Below the pieces are notes generated by a model. That model did no database searches and was not told where the DNA came from. It saw nothing but the letters and a program-made list of their open reading frames with translations. A stretch of 64,000 nt of DNA, from the NCBI RefSeq assembly GCF_052425735.1, contig NC_135762.1:5952001-6016000 (forward strand), given 5' to 3'. This stretch comes from Oculina patagonica. Taxonomy: Eukaryota. Both the position numbers and the translations under genes were made by a program. Every line of letters starts with the position of its first letter. Within the stretch, counting starts at the first letter, position 1. Below are positions 59,397-64,000 of the stretch, piece after piece.

Positions 59397-59771
59397 TTAA
59401 AAACTTTCGTAGGTCAAACCAACATCATGCACCGCAGAATTTAAGGTTTTTTCCATTTTAGCAAAAACCAAACTTTTTGCTTCTTCAATCTTCTCTTTTC
59501 TTTTTTCTTCATTTTCTTTTTTTTCATACTCTTTTTCAAGTGTTCTTAAATCCTCATACTGCCTGTTTAAACTTTCCACAGATTTCTCAGTAATAGCATT
59601 TAAAATTTTTAATTCTTCTGGTTTCAGCCGGTTTAAAAAGGCTTTTGTCCCTTCCACAGCAGCTGTTGCTCATGCCTCATCTTCTTTAAAGCATTTTGCA
59701 AGCATAGAAAACGCAAAAAAGTTTCCAAAATCCATTGGGTCAGGCATAGTGTATGTCCTCGTGTAGGTCAT
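59397..59771 (-). pseudogene. Polinton coiled-coil ORF interrupted by TGA at 59672-59670
   Basis: ATG at 59771 (MTYTRTYTMPDPMDFGNFF...) is in frame with track ORF 59657-59397 across one stop. Confidence 0.55.
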
Positions 59772-59827
59772 CGTGTTTCGTATACTTAAAAAAATAGAAT
59801 GTTTAAATGAAAATTTTTAATAATTTT

Positions 59828-60340
59828 TTAATCTATCGGACGGATTCCTCTTTGTGTGCGAGGTATAATGACATTTTTGATTGTCGAAGCTGTTGGTTGT
59901 GTGTCGGCTTGTGAGTCATCAGTTATAAGAGTTGGTGGAGCTTTAAATGTTGGACTTCTTTTTTCGTTTATAAAGGCTTTTATGTCTTCGCGTTTCACAT
60001 AAGTTGTAACGATTGCAACGCCGATACCAAGCAAAGAGATCAATTGATTTGTGGTGAGACCGCTTGATTGCGGCTGAGCCTCGGTTACTGGCAGAGTTAC
60101 ATTTCGCTTTGCTGACGCAGATTTCTTTTCCTTTTCTTTTGCAATTATTGCAGCAGCCTCGACAGAAGCTTTTTTCTGTGCTTCACGAGCCTGTTTTGTT
60201 TTTTCAGCTGCAAGCTTGCCAGCAGCAACTCGCTTTGGATTTTTGGCAGGCTTTGTTGCTGGAGTTGTTGAAGTAACTTGGTTCTGTACTTCTTGGGCAA
60301 TCGGAGTTTGTGATTGACTTTGTTGTTCGAGCTCGGCCAT
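59828..60340 (-). CDS. Polinton basic, Ala/Lys-rich protein with one hydrophobic segment
   Basis: KNPKRVAAGKLAAEKTKQAREAQKK and LISLLGIGVAIVTTYV; TAAATG start context. Confidence 0.7.
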   Translation of the reverse strand: MAELEQQSQSQTPIAQEVQNQVTSTTPATKPAKNPKRVAAGKLAAEKTKQAREAQKKASVEAAAIIAKEKEKKSASAKRNVTLPVTEAQPQSSGLTTNQLISLLGIGVAIVTTYVKREDIKAFINEKRSPTFKAPPTLITDDSQADTQPTASTIKNVIIPRTQRGIRPID

Positions 60341-60439
60341 TTATAATAAAAAAAAAATAATATTTAAATAGAAAATTGCTCAGCAAGATTTTTTGCTAAG
60401 CAATTGCTAAGCATTGTTCAGTAATTACTTAGCATTTTC

Positions 60440-61084
60440 TTAGCATTGCTCAGAAAAATCTTCAGTAGTGTTTGTGTCCGCATCTTTGGAAGCACCTTTG
60501 GTTTCGCACAGCGAAGTGTCCGACTTTGTAGCTTCGTTTAAATCAATGTGCTTTGTTGTGATGAGCGCAGCATTGGCAAGGGCAAGAAAGCGGCCGCATT
60601 TCAAAGCCAGACCGCCTGCCAAAGTGGACAGCTCTTTGCTGATGATGTAGTCGTTTTTGAGTTCCTTCTGATAATCATTGACGTCCTTGATATTTACGGC
60701 CATACCAACGGCTTTGGTTGCAAGAAAAATAAAGCTGTCAATCAAGCTGTCGTTTGTTTTAGTCCCAACGTATGCCTCATATCTCTTGAAGTACTTTTCA
60801 ACTTCTTTATCTGTCAAGCGCTTCACCTGCTCGTATGTAAGCTGCACACCGATTGCTTCTTTGGCTTTTCCTGTTGAAACAAGGATTGCAAGCTGTTCAC
60901 GCATTGCAGGAATGTCGGGTCTTTGAATGGATGCCATAGCGCTTTCTGTACTTTCTGGTTCAGCTCCAAGCAGTTCCATTACGGAAGCAAATTCTTGTTC
61001 ACTTGCAGCCGCGCTTGGCGCGGGTACCCTTTGGGTCCCGTGGTTCACGCTCTCGGAAGGGGAAGTTGCGAAAGGATCACTCAT
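60440..61084 (-). CDS. Polinton hypothetical protein (214 aa)
   Basis: Intact ORF in the minus-strand block directly downstream of the ATPase. Confidence 0.7.
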   Translation of the reverse strand: MSDPFATSPSESVNHGTQRVPAPSAAASEQEFASVMELLGAEPESTESAMASIQRPDIPAMREQLAILVSTGKAKEAIGVQLTYEQVKRLTDKEVEKYFKRYEAYVGTKTNDSLIDSFIFLATKAVGMAVNIKDVNDYQKELKNDYIISKELSTLAGGLALKCGRFLALANAALITTKHIDLNEATKSDTSLCETKGASKDADTNTTEDFSEQC

Positions 61085-61091
61085 GATTATA

Positions 61092-61709
61092 TTACGCTAA
61101 AATTATGTTCAATAAAAAAAATTTTGTTCCGTAAGGGTGGCGATGAGAAATGACAAGATGCGAAAACTTATTTTTTTTTAGCTTTAAAATGATTTCTTTG
61201 TAATCCTCATGGGCAAGTTCGCCAGCGTAATCCTCAAAGATTGCCTTCGTGGTCTTGGCAGAGGGGGTGTAAAAGAAAACGATTGCCGCTACATTTTCGC
61301 GGAATGAGGCTGTTATGCTTGTCAATTTTTGAGTCAACACCCATATGCTCAAACCTGCGTGGCGAGCAGAGAAAGCAAGATTGACCAACTCCCCTGTTCT
61401 TCCCTTTACATCTTTCGAAGCAGCGCAGTCGTCGAGGATGATAAGCGTGTTCGTACCCTCAAAAAGAAATCTTGTTAGCCTTAACCAAGATTCAACCTCG
61501 TGCTGCTCGCAAATAAAAACATAAAAGCGGGGATCTTCCACCGCAAAGCGATAATAAGTCTTGTTGTGCTCGAAAGTCGGGCAGATAAGCACGATGTAGT
61601 CAAACTTGCCTCGGAAAGGGCCACAAAGCTGATTGACCACGTATCTTGTTTTTCCTGAGTTCGTTGGTCCCACAATGAGGGCGTTGAAGGGTATATTGGC
61701 AGGATCCAT
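61092..61709 (-). CDS. A32/FtsK-like DNA packaging ATPase
   Basis: Walker A GPTNSGKT, Walker B LIILDD, arginine finger ARH, motif VLTQ. Confidence 0.9.
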   Translation of the reverse strand: MDPANIPFNALIVGPTNSGKTRYVVNQLCGPFRGKFDYIVLICPTFEHNKTYYRFAVEDPRFYVFICEQHEVESWLRLTRFLFEGTNTLIILDDCAASKDVKGRTGELVNLAFSARHAGLSIWVLTQKLTSITASFRENVAAIVFFYTPSAKTTKAIFEDYAGELAHEDYKEIILKLKKNKFSHLVISHRHPYGTKFFLLNIILA

Positions 61710-61724
61710 CTTCGTTCGTTTATA

Positions 61725-62979
61725 TTATAAAAGCACAGATTCTAACTGCCTGCCAATTATATTCATTTGGGCGTCGCTAATTACGTAAATGTGGCAGTTC
61801 AAATTACCTGAGCCGCTTGCTTTCCTCTCTAGCTCAAGCTGGACACCGTCCTTTGTGTTCACAAGGCGCGTGCCGCTTCCGTGCATCGAGTGGTCAGCCA
61901 TGGAACGCAGATCAATAAGAAGGCCAAACTTGTCTTCTGTGTAAAACTTTTGCAGAGTCATGTGCTGCGTTTTATTTTTTTTCTTTCATAAAGAATCTTT
62001 TAACTTCTCCCCAAATGTCCATTCTTTCGATGCCGTTGTTGTACAGCATGTTTGGCGAGCCGTTGACAGTGATGCTTACTTTTGTAAGGTCCGGGTTAAT
62101 GTACTTTTCCGAGCTCCTTGCACCTTTGTTATTTTGCTCAATAAATAGGAGCAAGATACCTTTCATGGACCTCCTCTGCGGGTTGACCCTAAGATTCAGA
62201 CGTGTGTCGGAGCCTTTTGCAAAAGTCACCACTTTATCCCGCTGGATGTGGTCGTAAGCGAACTCTTTACCGCCCGAATAAGCGCTGAACGCTTCATCTG
62301 CAATTTCCTTGCTTCTTATCATCTCGTACTCCAGCTGGATGTTTGTCAACTTGTATTTCAGTTTTGTTGTATCTGAGCCTCTGACCACATGTTCGGCTGC
62401 CGCGAGCTTCAGTTCGAACACAAGTTCATTGAATAGAGCCTGAGGATAAAATGCCCCATGGTCAGTTAAAATCTGGTGATCCAGACGGATGCGGTATTTA
62501 TTACCATATAGCTCATTCAGCTTTTTTTCTGCTTCGACTCCTGAAGTTTTCTTATCGCCAGCATTTGAGCGAATTTTGTTAAGGTCCTCGCTCTGAATGC
62601 CCTCTGGCACCCTGTCGTCGCGCTCCTCCTGCGAAAGGAAAAAATCCTCAAATATTTTGTACATGTCATAGCCCACCGTGTCCTGCACGACGGTGCCTTC
62701 GTACTTTACAACAAACTTGTCGACCAGAGCTCGGCTGACGTTGTCAACCAGAAAGTTGTTGGCATGGCCTCCGCTCAAGTCGATGTTGAAGCGCAGCGCC
62801 AGCGAGCCAGGCACAATGACCTCGTTTTCGTTCAGCTTTGGCACTGAAACATACAACGTTTCCTCTGGATTGGCTTCAGTGCGGTCAAAAGTGATTCGTT
62901 TTACAGCGCGCTCGGCTTTCAGTGCGCCGAGTATTTTCTCTGTGCGTCCCGGTCGAAGGTTTTCTTGAACAGCAGCCAT
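61725..62979 (-). CDS. Major capsid protein (hexon-like), split by a frameshift in an A-run near 61975-61982
   Basis: 335-aa and 78-aa beta-rich ORFs join to about 420 aa (KEK|NKTQHMTLQKFYTEDKFGLLIDLR) next to the packaging ATPase. The capsid assignment rests on size, position and family resemblance. Confidence 0.75.
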
Positions 62980-63041
62980 CTCTCGATTGGTTTTATTGTT
63001 AAATTGAAAAGTTTAATTTGAAAATATATATAAATTACGTG

Positions 63042-64000
63042 ATGGCGGAAGGTGGTGGTTATTTTGGACACGAGGACCCTGTTTTGGACCAAGATCTTGA
63101 CCACAACAGTGATAACGATGATGAAGAGGAACAAGAGGTCAACAGAACCAAAGCATTTAATCCCCCGGTTGTATCCACACCCAACCAAAAAGGTGAAGAA
63201 TATGAAATGCAAACAATGCAGCACGAACAGAGCGGGCTGCCAGACACATCCTACGAAGAAACACCATTGTTACCTCATTATGTCGAAGACATAGAAGAAA
63301 GACTAAGAAATTTAAGAAGGAACACAAATACTTCATTATTGGACATAAGAAACGTTTGTACTAATATTACGAGTGACATTTTATCACCTGAAGATCAAGA
63401 AAAAGAAATACAAAATGTAAAAGATTTTATAAAGAAAAGGTACCAAAAAGTGGATTTTGGAAAACTTGGGCCAATTCGTTTTTCATCAAAAAAACCAATG
63501 GAAATTGTTGTGGCAGGTCCAAAGGGTGGTGAAACAAAGATAGTATTAGATGACGGAAGCGGTTTGCGTTCTGATTTCTTAAACAAAACTTTCGTAAAAG
63601 AAGCACTTGGTCCAAAAACCGAAACTCTGATTTCACAGGAAAAAGAAAAAATACAAAATGAACGCAAAAGATTAAGAGATGCCGAAAAACAACTTAAAGA
63701 AAGACAAAAAATTGAATTTGAAAAAGAAAAAGCCGCCCAAGAAGTGCAAGATCTGAGAATCAGAATCGAACGAACAAATGCCAAGATGGATCAACTTGGG
63801 TCAAATGTTGAAAATGAATCAGAATTGCACAGACTTAAGCAACTGAAAAAAAATCTTGAAAAGGATTTTGAAAACGCAAAAAAAGAAGTTGCTGCTCTTG
63901 AAAAACAAGCTAAGCAGAAAGAGAAAGATCAAACACGAGTCGACCAACTCAGGGCAAGCATTTCAGAAAAAAATACTGAAATAAGCACAATGCAAGAAAG
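63042..64000 (+). CDS. Polinton acidic N-terminus / long coiled-coil protein, open at the window edge and absent from the ORF track
   Basis: ATG at 63042 (MAEGGGYFGHEDPVLDQDLD...) with no stop seen through 64000; heptad-rich E/K/Q C-terminal half. Confidence 0.75.
   Translation, partial: MAEGGGYFGHEDPVLDQDLDHNSDNDDEEEQEVNRTKAFNPPVVSTPNQKGEEYEMQTMQHEQSGLPDTSYEETPLLPHYVEDIEERLRNLRRNTNTSLLDIRNVCTNITSDILSPEDQEKEIQNVKDFIKKRYQKVDFGKLGPIRFSSKKPMEIVVAGPKGGETKIVLDDGSGLRSDFLNKTFVKEALGPKTETLISQEKEKIQNERKRLRDAEKQLKERQKIEFEKEKAAQEVQDLRIRIERTNAKMDQLGSNVENESELHRLKQLKKNLEKDFENAKKEVAALEKQAKQKEKDQTRVDQLRASISEKNTEISTMQE

Larger units (their letters stand above)
53572..64000. mobile_element. Polinton/Maverick (adintovirus-like) endogenous virus, left part; continues past the window
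   Basis: Co-located pPolB, rve integrase, A32/FtsK-like ATPase and capsid-like ORF in an intronless, gene-dense block. The left boundary (AGTATTGCATCATATCAAGATATGACGTCA) is tentative. Confidence 0.92.

Noticed and set aside
63059-63784. Minus-strand ORFs listed in the track near the right edge
   Set aside because: Antisense shadows of the long plus-strand coiled-coil ORF starting at 63042.
53593-64000. Bacterial or phage contamination explanation for the gene-dense block
   Set aside because: The pPolB + rve integrase + A32-like ATPase + capsid set is diagnostic of eukaryotic Polintons, and no Shine-Dalgarno pattern is evident.

Overview
Eukaryotic, AT-rich, intron-containing DNA. Gene content and repeat families suggest a stony coral or other anthozoan (inference). 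From left to right: (1) the first coding exon of a Fat/Dachsous-type protocadherin on the minus strand, running off the left edge; (2) NAXD (9 exons, minus) head-to-head with FDXACB1 (4 exons, plus), with a Penelope-like retroelement remnant carrying a minimal hammerhead ribozyme in a NAXD intron; (3) an immune locus at about 28.9-50.2 kb built from two tandem copies of a head-to-head gene pair, each a cytosolic UPA-like gene (minus) sharing a <1 kb kappaB-site-bearing intergenic region with a TNF-receptor/ZU5/UPA receptor gene (plus); in pair 2 both partners carry a death fold (CARD on the adaptor, death domain on the receptor) and in pair 1 both lack it; (4) an intronless single-HKD phospholipase-D-superfamily ORF; (5) a Polinton/Maverick (adintovirus-like) endogenous DNA virus from about 53.57 kb to past the right edge, with pPolB, rve integrase, packaging ATPase, major capsid protein and small ORFs, lightly decayed. 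Many MITEs are interspersed. All exon models were built by hand from GT-AG sites and reading phase, and domain calls come from motif recognition, not database searches.
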